A stretch of DNA of 64,000 bases from Mustelus asterias (taxonomy: Eukaryota): contig NW_027590117.1 of assembly GCF_964213995.1 (NCBI RefSeq), positions 5,208,001 through 5,272,000 of the forward strand, given 5' to 3'. The notes below the pieces were generated by a model. That model was not told the origin of the DNA, did no database searches, and worked only from the letters and a program-made list of their open reading frames with translations. Of the stretch, positions 34,770 to 48,024 are shown one piece after another (the stretch's first letter is position 1; every line of letters begins with the position of its first letter). The position numbers and the translations under genes are program-made.

Positions 34770-35750
34770 TGGGTGCTTTTTCTGAGTGGCAGTCAGTGAC
34801 TAGTGGGGTTCTGCAGGGATCAGTGCTAGGACCCCAACTGTTCACGTTATATATTAATGATTTAGAAGAGGGAACTGAATGTATTATCTCCAAATTTGCA
34901 GATGATACGAAGTTGGGTGGGAGGGTAAGCTGTGAGGAGGATGCAGAGTTCCTTCAGTGTGATTTGGACAAGCTGAGTGCATGGGCATCGCATGTCATAT
35001 GCACTATAATGTGGATAAATGTGAGGTTATCCACTTTGGTAGAAGGAATCGGAAAAAAGATTATTATTCATGAATGGCTGTAAATTTAGAGAGGTGGATA
35101 TTCAATGAGAGCTTGGAGTCCTCATGCATCAGTTCCTGAAAGTAAGAGCGCAGGTACAGCAGGCAGTAAAGAAGGCAAATAGCATGTTGGCCTTAATAGC
35201 GAGAGGATTTGAGTACAGAGATAGGGATGTTTTGCTGCAATTGTGTAGGGCGTTGGTGAGGCCACACCTGGAGTATTGTGTGCACTTTTGGTGTCCTTAT
35301 CTGAGGAAGGATGTCCTTGCTGTAGAGAGAGTACAATGAAGGTTTACTTGGCTGATTCCTGGGCTGGCAGGTCTGTCATATGATGAGAGACTAACTCGCT
35401 TAGAATTCAGAGAGACTAAGTCGGTTAGAAAGAATGTTCCAAATGGTGGGGGAGTCCAGAACTAGGGGTCTTGGTTGAGGATAAGGGGTAAAGCTTTCAG
35501 AACTTAGGTGAGGAGAAATTTCTTCACCCAGAGGGTGGTGAATGTGCGGAATTCACTACCACAGAATGTAATTGAGGCCAAAACGTTGTCTGGTTTCAAG
35601 AAGAAATTAGATATAGCTCTTGGTTCAAAGGGATCAAGGGATATGGGGGGAGGGGGGGGATCAGGATATTGAATTCAATGATCAGAATGAATTGTGGAGC
35701 AGGCTCGATGGGCCGGATGGCCTCCTCCTGCTTCTGGTTTCTATGTTTTT
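34770..35750 (+). mobile_element. CR1 3' fragment
   Basis: GVLQGSVLGPQLF..INDL..KFADDTKLGG and RPHLEYCV motifs. Confidence 0.88.
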
Positions 35751-36342
35751 ACACTCCGGTTTCCTCTCACATTCCAAAGATGTGCAGGTTAGGTGGATTG
35801 ACATGCCAATTTGCTTCTTTGTGTCCCAAGATGTGTAGGTTGAGGGGATTAGCAGGGTAAATGCATGGGGTTACAGGGATGTGGCAAGGAGTTGCCCTCA
35901 GAAAGATGCTCTGTTGGAAAATCAGTGCAAACCCGAGGGGCCAAATGGCCTCCATCTGCACTGTAGAGATTCTATGATTTTCTATCCACCTCTGCAATCA
36001 AAATATTGAAAGACTTTGCTTGCTTTGCCTTTTGAGGAAGGGAGTTCCATCGATGCACAACCCTCTGAGAGAAAATAATCTCGCCTCATCTGTGCCTTAA
36101 ATGAATGTCCCTTTATTTTGAAACAGTGACCCCTTATTCTAGATTCTCCCACAAGAGGAAATATTCTCTCCACATCCATCCTGTCAAGACCACTCAGATC
36201 TGTAAAATTTCAATCAAGTCGATACTTACTCTTCTAAACTCTCATGCATGCAAACTTATCCCCTCCAACAATTCCTCATGAGAACCTGCTCCTTCCTGGT
36301 ATTAATCCCGTAAACCTTCTCTGAACTCTGAACTTCTCTGTA

Positions 36343-36680
36343 GGGCGGCATCGTAGCACAGTTGTTAGCACTGCTGCTTCACAGTTCCAGGGACCTGGGT
36401 TCGATTCCCGGCTTGGGTCACTGTCTGTGTGGAGTTTGCACATTCTCCCCGTGTCTGCGTGGGTTTCCTCCGGGTGCTCCAGTTTCCTCCCACAGTCCAA
36501 AAATGTGCGGGTTAGGTTGATTGGCCATGCTAAAATTGCCCTTAGTGTCCTGAGATGCGTAAGTTCGAGGGATTAGTGGGTAAATATATGGGAGTAGGGC
36601 CTGGGTGGGATTGTGGTCGGTGCAGACTCGATGGGCTGAATGGCCTCTTTCTGTGCTGTAGGGTTTCTATGATTCTATGA
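36343..36680 (+). mobile_element. Full-length tRNA-derived V-SINE (HE1-like) with a CR1-type tail
   Basis: GGGCGGCA..GTTAGCACTGCTGCTTCACAG...GGTTCGATTCCC head, V-domain core (GTCTGCGTGGGTTTCCTCCGGGTGCTCC), and (TTCTATGA)n tail. Confidence 0.92.
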
Positions 36681-37126
36681 ACTGTTTCAAGCACATCTAC
36701 ATATTTAGCTGAAGCTAATAGAACAAAGAACAATACAGCACAGGAACAGGAACAGGCCCTTCGGCCCTCCAAGTCCGTGCCGCTCCCTGGTCCAAACTAG
36801 ACCATTCTTTTATATCCCTCCATTCCCACTCCGTTCATATGGCTATCTAGATAAGTCTTAAATGTTCCCAGTGTGTCTGCCTCCACCATCTTGCCTGGCA
36901 GCGCATTCCAGGCCCCCACCACCCTCTGTGTAAAATATGTCCTTCTGATATCTGTGTTAAACCTCCCCCCCCTTCACCTTGAACCTATCACCCCTCGTGA
37001 ACGTCACCACCGACCTGGGGAAAAGCTTCCCACCGTTCACCCGATCCATGCCTTTCATAATTTTTTGAAGCATGTTATTTATTGGGAAAATTATTATATA
37101 TTATATATTATCTTTATTTGTTCTAG

Positions 37127-37929
37127 CAAGAAGTTTCACAATACCAGGTTAAAGTCCATCTGTTTTTTTTGGGGAGCATGAGCTTTCAGAGCGCTGCTCC
37201 TTGTTAGAATGTAACCGGGGACAACTTTGATTGGCTGTAATGTGATCAATGGGAACAAGATGTAAGGGTCAGCTGACCCAGCAAAGCATGGAACCAATCA
37301 CAGAGTGATGTAGCAGTCAGCTGATGAGCTGATTCACTATAAATAAGAATCTGTGTAGAATTGTCTGCGTGGGTTTCCTCCGGGTACTCCGGTTTCCTCC
37401 CACAGTCCAAAGATGTGCGGGTTAGGTTGATTGGCCATGCTAAAAATTGCCCTTAGTGTCTTTAGATGCGTAGGTTGGAGGGATTAGTGGGTAAATATGT
37501 AGGGATATGGGGGTAGGGCCTGGGTGGGATTGTGGTCAGTGCAGACTCGATGGGCCGAATGGCCTCTTTCTGTACTGTAGGGTTTCTATGATTTCAATGA
37601 ATTGTGGGAGCTTGGAGTGGCCCAGGGTGAGGCCCCAAGTTTGGAGTAATGATGTTTCTTTATTAAACCCGTCCTTTGATTTATAAGATGGAGTAAGTTT
37701 TGTTGTATTTTCATGAGCTGCATTTTGAAGAGTTCCTTCTGAAGAAACACTCCTTCCTCAGGTGAGTGGAGAGTTGGATTCACAAACAGGGCATATATAG
37801 AAACATATAGAAACATGAGAAGCGCTCTGAAAGCTTGTGCTACCAAATAAACCTGTTCGACTTTAACCTGGTGTTGTGAGACTTCTTACTGTGCGCCCCC
37901 CCAGTCCAATGCCAGCATCACGACATCAG
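37127..37929. mobile_element. Fold-back Penelope terminal repeat hosting a solo LTR
   Basis: Minus arm 37127-37201 plus 37750-37810; plus arm ~37820-37929. TSD ATTTGTTCTAG at 37116-37126 and 37930-37940. Confidence 0.82.
37202..37749 (+). mobile_element. Solo LTR (contains a SINE)
   Basis: TGTT...AACA termini and a 5-bp TSD CTCCT (37197-37201, 37750-37754). Internal ATTGG/CCAAT, TATAAAT (37338) and ATTAAA (37662). Confidence 0.85.
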
Positions 37930-37959
37930 ATTTGTTCTAGTACAAGGTGTAAATTTTAC

Positions 37960-40390
37960 ATTGAAGACACGTCAGGTGAAGACAGCTGAGTGGAATGTGT
38001 GGTTTGTCTCATGTAGGGAGTCTTGGATGCTGCCAGTGTCTTGAATGACCAAATGTGCAGGAAGTGTTCCCAGCTGCAGAAACTGGACCTTGAGGAGCAG
38101 CTGGAGAGACTGTGATGCATTTGAGAGGCTGAGAGTTATGTGGACAGCACATTTAGAGAGATGGTCACAGCACAGCTCAAGGGACTAGAGGAAAGAAGGA
38201 AATGGGTGACCACTGAGCAGTCCAAGAAGAACAGGCATGTAGAATCATAGAATAGAATCATAGAATCCCTACAGTGCAGAAGGGGGCCATTCAGCCCACC
38301 GAGCCTGCACCAATAACAATCCTGCCCAGCCCCTATCCCCATAACCCCAGGTATTTACCCTGCCAATCTCTCTAACCTACACATCATGGGGCACTAAAGG
38401 GCAATTTAGCATGGTCAATCCACCTAACCTGCACATTTTTGGAGCACCCGGAGGAAACCCATGCATAAACGGGGAGAATGTGCAAACTCCACACAAACAG
38501 CCACCCAAGGCGGGAATTGAACCCGGGTCCCTCGTGCTGTGAGGCAGCAATGCAAACCACTTTGTCACCGTGCCACCCAAACAGGTACTGCAGGAGTCCC
38601 GTGGGGTCCTCGTCACTAACACATCTTCCATTTTGGATGCAGATGAGGGTGCGGTAGGCACCCCAGAGGAGTGCAGTCAGAGCCAAGATTCTGGCAAAAC
38701 AAGCATCTTGCTTGTACAGGTGGGGAGGAAGAAGACAGGAAGAGCAATAGTGATAGGGGATTCATCAGTCAGTAGAGCAGACAGGCATTTCTGTGGCCAA
38801 AGATTTGACTTCAGGATGGTGTGTTATCTCCCTGGCCAGTGTCAGGGATGTCACTGAATCGCTGCAGGACATCTTGAAAGAGGAGGGTGATAGGATAGAG
38901 GTTGTGATACATATAAAAGTAGCAGAAAGGAAGAAGGGCAGAAAGGAGGGAGAGTGATGGATAATACAGGAGAAGGAAGTAATACCATGTTGGATAGAAG
39001 GAGACGAACAAGTACTATGAAGAATGTCAAGACAGGTTTCCAATGTATGTAAACACACAGAGTGTGATAAATAAGGTTGATGAGCTTGAAGGACAAAGAG
39101 AAATGTGGGAATCTGGTGCAGAGGCAATGACAATAAGAGGGGGGCCATGCCTTACAAATTTGATGGAGTTTTTTGAGGAAGTGACAAAAACGATTGACGA
39201 AGGATGTCGAAGGATTGCCGTGGATATCGTCTATATGGATTTCAGTAAGGCATTTGACAAAGTCCCTCATGGCAGGTTGGTTAAGGAGGTTAAGGCTCAT
39301 GGGATACAAGGAGAGGTGGCTAGATGGATAGAAAACTGGCTTGGCCACAGGAGATAGAGGGTAGCAGTCGAAGGGTCTTTTTCCGGCTGGATGTCTGTGA
39401 CCAGTGGTGTTCCGCAGGGCTCTGTACTGTGACCTCTGCTATTTGTGATATATATAAATGATTTGGAAGAAAGTGTAACTGGTGTTATCAGCAAGTTTGT
39501 GGATGACACGAAGATGGCTGGACTTGCGGATAGCAATGAACATTGTCAGACAATACAGCAGGATATAGATAGGCTGGAAAATTTGTTCGGAGAAATGGCA
39601 GATGGAATTTAATCCAGATAAATATGAAGTGATGCATTTTGGAAGAACGAATGTAGGGGGGAGTTATACAATAAATGGCAGAGCCATCAAGAGTATAGAC
39701 ACACACAGAGGGACCGAGGTGTGCAAGTCCGCAAATCCTTGAAGGTGGCAGCACAGGTGGAGAAGGTGGTGAAGAAGGCATATGGTATGCTTGCCTTTAT
39801 AGGACGGGGTATAGAGTATAAAAGCTGGAGTCTGATGTACAGAACGCTGGTTAGGCCACATTTGGAGTACCGCGTCCAGGTCTGGTCGCTGCACTATCAG
39901 AAGGACGTGGAGGCTTTAGAGAGAGTGCAGAGAAGGTTTCCCAGGATGTTGCCTGGTATGGAGGGTCTCAGCTATGAGGAGAGATTGGGTAGACTGGGCT
40001 TGTTCTCCCTGGAAAGACGGAGAATGAGGGGAGACCTAATAGAGGTGTACAAAATTATGAAGGGTATAGATAGGCTGAACAGTGGGACGCTTTTTCCCAG
40101 GTTGGAGGTGACGATCACGAGGGGTCATGGGCTCAAGGTGAGAGGGGCGAGGTATAACTCAGATATCAGAGGGACGTTTTTTACACAGAGTGGTGGGGGC
40201 CTGGAATGCGCTGCCAAGTAGGGTGGTGGAGGCAGACACGCTGGCATCGTTTAAGACTTGCCTGGATAGTCACATGAGCAGTCTGGGATTGGAGGGATAC
40301 AAATGAATGGTCTAGCTGGCCCAATGAGCGGCACAGGCTTGGAGGGCCGAATGGCCTGTTTCTTGTGCTGTACTGTTCTTTGTTCTTTGA
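37960..40390 (+). mobile_element. CR1 remnants: ORF1 pieces then the 3' half of ORF2
   Basis: RAIVIGDS (38740), [25 protein letters not shown] and RPHLEY motifs, with a CR1-type 3' tail. A SINE is inserted at 38241-38578. Confidence 0.88.
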
Positions 40391-42730
40391 CAGAAATGTG
40401 CCTTAAAAAGAGTGAGGACTGGGTGCTGAATATTCAGGAATTGTGTTCAGAAAGAGATAGATAAGAGAAAAAGAGAGGTGGGATGACAATACTGACTAGG
40501 GAAGACATTGTAGTGTTGGAGAGTGGAGATGCCCTTGAGGTGACAAGGACACAATCCAGTAGTTTAAAATCTGAAATCAGTGTAAGGGGAACTATTGAGA
40601 CAAATTGTGAGGGTTAAAATTAATCTCCATTTTCAGAGGCAAGGATTAATCAAGGATAGTCAGCATTGCTTTGTTAGGGAAAGATCATGTCTTACAAATT
40701 AAATTGAATGTTTTGGGGAGGTGTCGATCCTTGTAGATCAGGACAGTGAGTTGATGTCATCCACATGGACTTCAGTAAGGCATTTGACAATGGGAGACTG
40801 GTCAAGAAGATATCAGCACATGGGATCCAGTATGATTTGGAAAATTGCATCAACAACTTTCGTAGTGACATAAAGCAGAGGGTGATGGTCACAGGTTGCA
40901 TGTTCCTTTGTGTTCCAGCTTGTGTAGATTCAGTGGTTTGTGGGTTATTTGGATAGTGTGGGAGGGGCGGTTGTGTGGGCAAATGTAAGATGCTGAGTCA
41001 GTGCAGACGAGATGGGATAAATATCCTCCTTCTCTACTATAGGGATGCAAAGAACAAAGAACAGCACAGAACAGAAACTGACCCTTTAGCCCACCAAGTT
41101 TGTACAGACTCAGACGCCTCTCTGATCTTTGGAACAAGTTTGGTGAACCTTTGTTACACTTTCTATAACAAAATTATTATCCTTCCTAAGGTAAGGGGAC
41201 CATAACTGCACACAGTTCTCCAGGTGCAGTCTAACGAAGCTGCCAGACAATTAAAGTAAGACGTCACTTCTGCTGCACTCAGAACCTTTTACAATAATGT
41301 CCAACATATCATTTGCCTTCATAATTGCCAACTGGACCTGCATGTTAACATCTAGAGTCCTTTTGTACATCTTCATTTTCCTATCTTTTGTCTTGACAGG
41401 TATATATCACAGGAATAAAACAAATTCATTCACTCACAGATATAAAACACGGTGTCACCTTGATCACACATTAAGTAACAATTCTTTGCTCAGACAGACA
41501 AAAGATAATTGTACAATACTGAATAAGTTACAATTAATTTCCTGATACTATATACAGGGATAAATATGTAAATGAATCCAAAAGTGCTCAATCTGAGTAA
41601 GACAGAAAGATGTAACAGCAATTCCTTTGCTCCAAACTGCAGGAATTACTTACCAGGTTATGTATCCAATTGTTGCCATTCACAGAATTACAAATTGAAT
41701 ACTCACACACAGCTGCTGAATATAAACAGGGACAGTCAAATGTACTGGAAATCTACATGAAAAAATAAATTGAAAGATGAACAAATATCAATACATTATG
41801 TATTTAGCATGTAGTGTTTATCACAATGTCTGAGATACATGTAAAGTTAAAGTACAGAAGTATCCCACACTTCAACGCAAGAGATAAATGGATAAAGATT
41901 GATTCCTACACCCACATGGATAACCAGAGAATCACAGATGTAAAATTAATCCTACTTTCTCAAACTCTCTCGAGACAGATGGAAGAACAAGGAATTCCAA
42001 AACATACTAGAGAATGACAACTACAGAATGATACCTACATTTGTTTTGAGAAACAGTGAAGCAAAATGATGTCCACTCTCACACAGTATCACAAGTAGCA
42101 TCCATGGAATGAACCCTGCATTCACACACAGCACCACAGACAGACAGAAAAGCACACTCAGATGTTGTACCATAGACGGATGCATACAGTATGATTCAGA
42201 CACTTATACAGTTACTCAATGACACATGCCTGCTGAACCGAAATCAAACTCACATTCACTTCAAGACACAGGTGTGAGCAGAATTTACCCCATATTAACA
42301 TACACAGTGGAGACTGATATAGTGCATGAGTCTCAAAATTATGTTCAGCCAATCTCACACATGCAAGCTGGCAATCAACAGACAAATACACATTTTGTTT
42401 CACATACTGTACCCAATACTTAGAGGCACATAATTAATCGCATTCTGTTCATGAAATAGAGAGATGCCATTTCAGTCCCAAACTCAGCCTCACTGATTTA
42501 GAATAGAATCCCTCCAGTGCAGAAGGATGTCATTTGACCCATCAAGTCTACACTGACTCAGCATTTTACCCAGGCCCTATCCCCATAACCCCACAATTTT
42601 ACCATGGCTACATCCTCTAACGACACATCTTGGGATACCAAGGGGCAATTAACATGGCCAATCTGAATAACCTGCACAACTTTGAACTGTGGGAGGAAAC
42701 CAGTGCACTTGGAGAAAACCCATGCAGATA

Positions 42731-44340
42731 AGAACATAGAACATTGAACAGTCCAGCACAGAACAGGCCCTTCGGCCCACGATGTTGTGCCGAGCTTTAT
42801 CTGAAACCAAGATCAAGCTATCCCACTCCCTATCATCCTGGTGTGCTCCATGTGCCTATCCAATAACCGCTTAAGTGTTCCTAAAGTGTCTGACTCCACT
42901 ATCACTGCAGGCAGTCCATTCCACACCCCAACTACTCTCTGCGTAAAGAACCTACCTCTGATATCCTTCCTGTATCTCCCACCACGAACCCTATAGTTAT
43001 GCCCCATTATAATAGCTCCATCCACCCGAAGAAATAGTCTTTGAACGTTCACTCTATCTATCCCCTTCATCATTTTATAAACCTCTATTAAGTCTCCCCT
43101 CAGCCTCCTCCGCTCCAGAGAGAACAGCCCGAGCTCCCTCAACCTTTCCTCATAAGACCTACCCTCCAAACCAGGCAGCATCCTGGTAAATCTCCTCTGC
43201 ACTCTTTCCAACGCTTCCACATCCTTCTTAGAGTGAGGTGACCAGAACTGCACACAATATTCCAAATGTGGTCTCACCAAGGTCCTGTACAGTTGCAGCA
43301 TAACCCCACGGCTCTTAAACTCCAACCCCCTGTTAATAAAAGCTAACACACTATAGGCCTTCTTCACAGCTCTATCCACTTGAGTGGCAACCTTTAGAGA
43401 TCTGTGGATATGGACCCCAAGATCTCTCTGTTCCTCCACAGTCTTCAGAACCCTACCTTTGACCCTATAATCCACATTTAAATTAGTCCTACCAAAATGA
43501 ATCACCTCACATTTATCAGGGTTAAATTCCCTTTGCCATTTTTCAGCCCAGCTTTGCATCCTATCTATGTCTCTTTGCAGCCTACAACAACCCCCCACCT
43601 CATCCACTACTCCACCAATCTTGGTGTCATCAGCAAATTCACTGATCCACCCTTCAGCCCCCTCCTCTAAGTCATTAATAAAAATCACAAAGAGATGAGG
43701 ACCAAGCACTGATCCCTGCGGCACTCCGCTAGCAACCTGCCTCCAATCCAAAAATTTTCCATCCACCACCACCCTCTGTCTTCGATCAGACAGCCAGTTA
43801 CCTATCCAATCGGCCAACTTTCCCTCTATCCCACACCTCCTCACTTTCATCATAAGCCGACCGTGGGGGACCTTATCAAACGCCTTACTAAAATCCATGT
43901 ATATGACGTCAACTGGCCTACCTTCATCAACACGCTTAGTTACCTCCTCAAAAAATTCTATCAAATTTGTGAGGCACGACTTGCCATTCACGAATCCGTG
44001 CTGACTATCCCGGATTAATCCGCATCTTTCTAAATGGTCGTAAATCCCATCCCTAAGGACCTTTTCCATCAATTTACCAACCACCGAAGGAAGACTAACC
44101 GGTCTATAATTACCAGGGTCATTTCTATTCCATTTCTTAAACAGAGGAACAACATTCGCCATTCTCCAGTCCTCTGGCCCCATCCCTGTGGACAGCGAGG
44201 ACCCAAAGATCAAAGCCAAAGGCTCTGCAATCTCATCCCTTGCCTCCCAAAGAATCCTAGGATACATTTAATCAGGCCCAGGGGACTTAACGACCTTCAG
44301 TTTATTCAAAACTGCCAGGACATCCTCGCTCCGAACATCT
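42731..44340 (-). mobile_element. Young 5'-truncated CR1 LINE (open RT frame of 484 aa) inserted in a SINE
   Basis: ORF 42813-44267 has [32 protein letters not shown] and FADD. The host SINE halves are at ~42500-42730 and 44341-44435. Confidence 0.95.
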
Positions 44341-45292
44341 CAGGGGAGAATATGCAAACTCCACAAAGACAGGCGTCCGAGGCCGGATACGAACCTGGGT
44401 CCATGGCATTGTGAGGCAGCTGTCTAACCATTGTGTCGCCTGTTCTTGCAGTGTACTTCACAAATGGTGCACACTGTGTGTGAATGGTTGAGGGAGTAAA
44501 TGCTGAAGCTGATGAATGGTTTGCAAGTGAAACCACAAACTTGATTTGTTTCTGAGATTCTTTGGTGTTGTTGGAGGTGCACTGACCAGTGAGTGGAGAG
44601 TATTCCATCCCTTACCTAAATGTGGAATTCAATTGTGGAATGCCTTTTGGAAAATAGGAGGTCAGTCACTAGCTATGGACATGCTCTGTTCTATTTTTAA
44701 AGCCACAGTCATATTGTGACAGGGTACAAGAAATACCTTGTACCCATTTATCGTTAATTACAGTCACAGAATGATGACCGTGCTAAAGCATAATTAGAAG
44801 ATAAGAAATTGGAGCAAGAGTAGGCCATTCGGCTCTTCAGGTCCACATTGCCATACAGTGAGATCATGACTGATTTTCCACTTCAACACCATTTTCCTGA
44901 ACTATCCCCGTAACCCTTGGTGTTTTTGACATGTAGAAATCTATCAATCTCACTCTTGAACATATTTAATGATTAAATCTCCTCATATCTCTGCGCATTG
45001 CATTCTATCTGCAAAATTGTTGCCCATTCGCTCAGCCTCTTCAAATACACACAAAGAGTCTTTGCCTCCTTTTCACAACTCACACATCCACCTTGTTTGT
45101 GACAGCTACCAATTTGGAAATATTACCTTTAATCCCAAATCATTGATACACAGATTGGAAATAGCAGTGGCCCAAACACTGATCCTTGTGGTAGCCCACT
45201 TGTCATAGCCTGCTAACTTGAAAATGACCCATTTGTTCCTACTCTCAGTTCTCTGTCCATCAGCTCGTTCTCAGTCTATTCCAGGATATTCT

Positions 45293-45480
45293 CTCCCCCA
45301 GCCCCCTCCACCCCCCCCAGCCCCCTCCACCCCCCCAGCCCCCTCCACCCCCCCCCCCAGCCCCCTCCACCCCCCCCAGCCCCCTCCACCCCCCCCCAGC
45401 CCCCTCCACCCCCCCCCAGCCCCCTCCACCCCCCAAGCCCCCAGCCCCCTTCCCCCCCCCCCCCAACCACCCCCCCCCCC
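45293..45480. repeat. C-rich minisatellite (CCCCCTCCACCCCCCCCAG)n
   Basis: About 7 units of ~18-22 bp plus poly-C; the minus strand is G-run rich. Confidence 0.95.
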
Positions 45481-45897
45481 ATTCCACGTGCTCTCATTTT
45501 CTTTATTTGCCTCTGGTGTGGAACCGTATCAAGGCTTGTCGCCAGTAATATCCAATTCTGATTCCACTTCTTCTTGCAGTCAGCTTTTTGTTTTAGCAAC
45601 AATGTCAATGTGGCTGTTGCTCATCAAACTTATTCCCCTTCCACACGCCCAGATATTGTACACTGCCAGCTCCCGGTGATGGGCGGAAGTAAAGCAGAGG
45701 AAGGGGAAATGTATGAACAGTATCAGCAGTCTGATAGAGTGATGTGGGATTAGCAGCAGAGAGAATGCGCTGGTGCGGCAGAGGGAGTGAGAGAGTCAGG
45801 GGGTTGGGTGGATCGGGGCGGACCAGGGGAAAGGACGGATTGACAACAGACTGGTTGCTGCCCAAATCCACAAACGATGTGTTTGTGTATCTGAACT

Positions 45898-46008
45898 AAC
45901 CAATCAGAGAGAGAGCGTTACGAATTGACATCACTGTGAATGAGCCAATGGGGAACGGGGCTTTCAGCCATCCTTCATTAGCATAGGCCTCTGCTTTGGT
46001 CTATAAAA
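45898..46008 (+). promoter_or_regulatory. H2B promoter: CCAAT boxes, CRE-like site, octamer variant, TATA
   Basis: CCAAT at ~45900 and ~45945, TGACATCA at ~45926, ATTAGCAT (octamer variant) at 45977-45984, TATAAAA at 46002-46008. Confidence 0.8.
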
Positions 46009-46060
46009 GAGGAGTTCCGAGCGCGACTCAGTGATTCTGTGTCTGAAATTAACTGTGAGG

Positions 46061-46435
46061 ATGGTTGATGAGAAGAAAGCAGCTCCGAAGAAGGGGGCGA
46101 AGAAAGTGATTAAGAAACCGGTAGTAAAGGGCGGCAAGAAGCGGCGAAAGTCGAGGAAGGAGAGTTACTCCATCTACATCTACAAAGTGATGAAGCAGGT
46201 TCACCCCGACACCGGCATCTCCTCCAAGGCCATGAGCATCATGAACTCGTTCGTGAACGATATTTTCGAGCGCATCGCGGGTGAGGCTTCCCGCCTGGCC
46301 CATTACAACAAGCGCAGCACCATCAGCTCCCGGGAGATCCAGACCGCCGTGCGCCTGCTGCTGCCCGGGGAACTGGCCAAGCACGCCGTGTCGGAAGGGA
46401 CAAAGGCGGTGACCAAGTACACCAGCTCCAAGTAA
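46061..46435 (+). CDS. H2B: Histone H2B
   Basis: ATG at 46061 gives [15 protein letters not shown]...[26 protein letters not shown]...AVTKYTSSK. The ORF-track start at 46031 is a GTG. Confidence 0.97.
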   Translation: MVDEKKAAPKKGAKKVIKKPVVKGGKKRRKSRKESYSIYIYKVMKQVHPDTGISSKAMSIMNSFVNDIFERIAGEASRLAHYNKRSTISSREIQTAVRLLLPGELAKHAVSEGTKAVTKYTSSK

Positions 46436-46471
46436 AACCCCCCATGGACTGAACAACATCCCAAACACAAC

Positions 46472-46512
46472 GGCTCTTTTAAGAGCCACTCACAATCTCC
46501 CTGAAAAAGCTG
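46472..46512 (+). promoter_or_regulatory. H2B 3' stem-loop and HDE
   Basis: GGCTCTTTTAAGAGCC at 46472-46487, then GAAAAAGCTG at 46503-46512. Confidence 0.95.
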
Positions 46513-47426
46513 TATCATCCATTTAGTTTCAATTAATCTTTCACTCTGAAGCGTCTCGAACAATCTAATTGTTGTTTTTACTGTTGATCAATGATAGGTA
46601 CTGAGTAATGCAAGTTGATCACCCAGCGTCTGATTAATAATGTTTCATTAATTAATTAATTGGTTTCCGTACGCCTCTGCACTTAGATCTCAGAGGCCCG
46701 TTTCCCCGACTTTAGAGAGGGAGAGAGAGAGCTAATGGAGCAAATGTGTCAGCTTCCAATTCTGTTCCAGTTTGGTCTTGATAATCGATCAGTTTATTCC
46801 CCATCAGCCCCGGTTGTGCAGGAACCTCAGTCTCGGCACTGGTCAATTTACACCGAAAATGTTCACTCCCCTCTTGATTCTCACGAATATGGAGAACATC
46901 CCGTCCGTTTACAGAACGATGTCAATGAGACTTTCTGGCGGCGAGTTCGAGTTTTAAAAAGGGCCGAGATTAACCCCGAATGGATCCAGGATTCTAAAAG
47001 CAAATCTGCAACTTGGGATAAAATGTGAAATGGTGCAAACACAGACTGATGTTTTAAACACTTTGTTGTTCGACAGTTAATTATTGAGAGATTTTATTTG
47101 AAATATATTGCTTGTTTTATAAATACATCTGCGAACTTTTCAAAAATGAATCGTGAAAATTTTGTTATTTTCGACTTATTTTCCGAAAAACCCAGGCTGA
47201 AAATCAGAAACTGCCAGATACAGGTTAACTATAGACTGGGGAAGGAGAGAAAGGGAGATTCTTACATTGCTCAAAATTAATTAACCATTACCTATTCGTA
47301 TAATTTTCGAAACTCTTGTTCTTTCCGCTTTGGCGGCTTTTACAGTTTGAAATGAAATCGGTCGGAATCTGAGATTTTGGCGCCGTTATTTTCCGCCCTC
47401 ACTCCGTGGGCTCTCCGGATTGGTGA

Positions 47427-47978
<552 letters not shown>

Positions 47979-48008
47979 AGCGACCATTCTTTAATCTGAT
48001 AACCCAAA

Positions 48009-48024
48009 GGCTCTTTTCAGAGCC
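48009..48024 (+). promoter_or_regulatory. H2A copy 1 3' stem-loop
   Basis: CCCAAA-GGCTCTTTTCAGAGCC-ACTCA, followed by purine-rich GGAAAAGGGCG. Confidence 0.95.

Noticed and set aside
42813-44267. 484-aa reverse-transcriptase ORF as a domesticated gene
   Set aside because: It is a 5'-truncated CR1 nearly identical to the copy at 57674-59085, so the open frame reflects recent insertion.
45218-45679. Pro-rich and Gly-rich ORFs
   Set aside because: Translations of the C-rich minisatellite.
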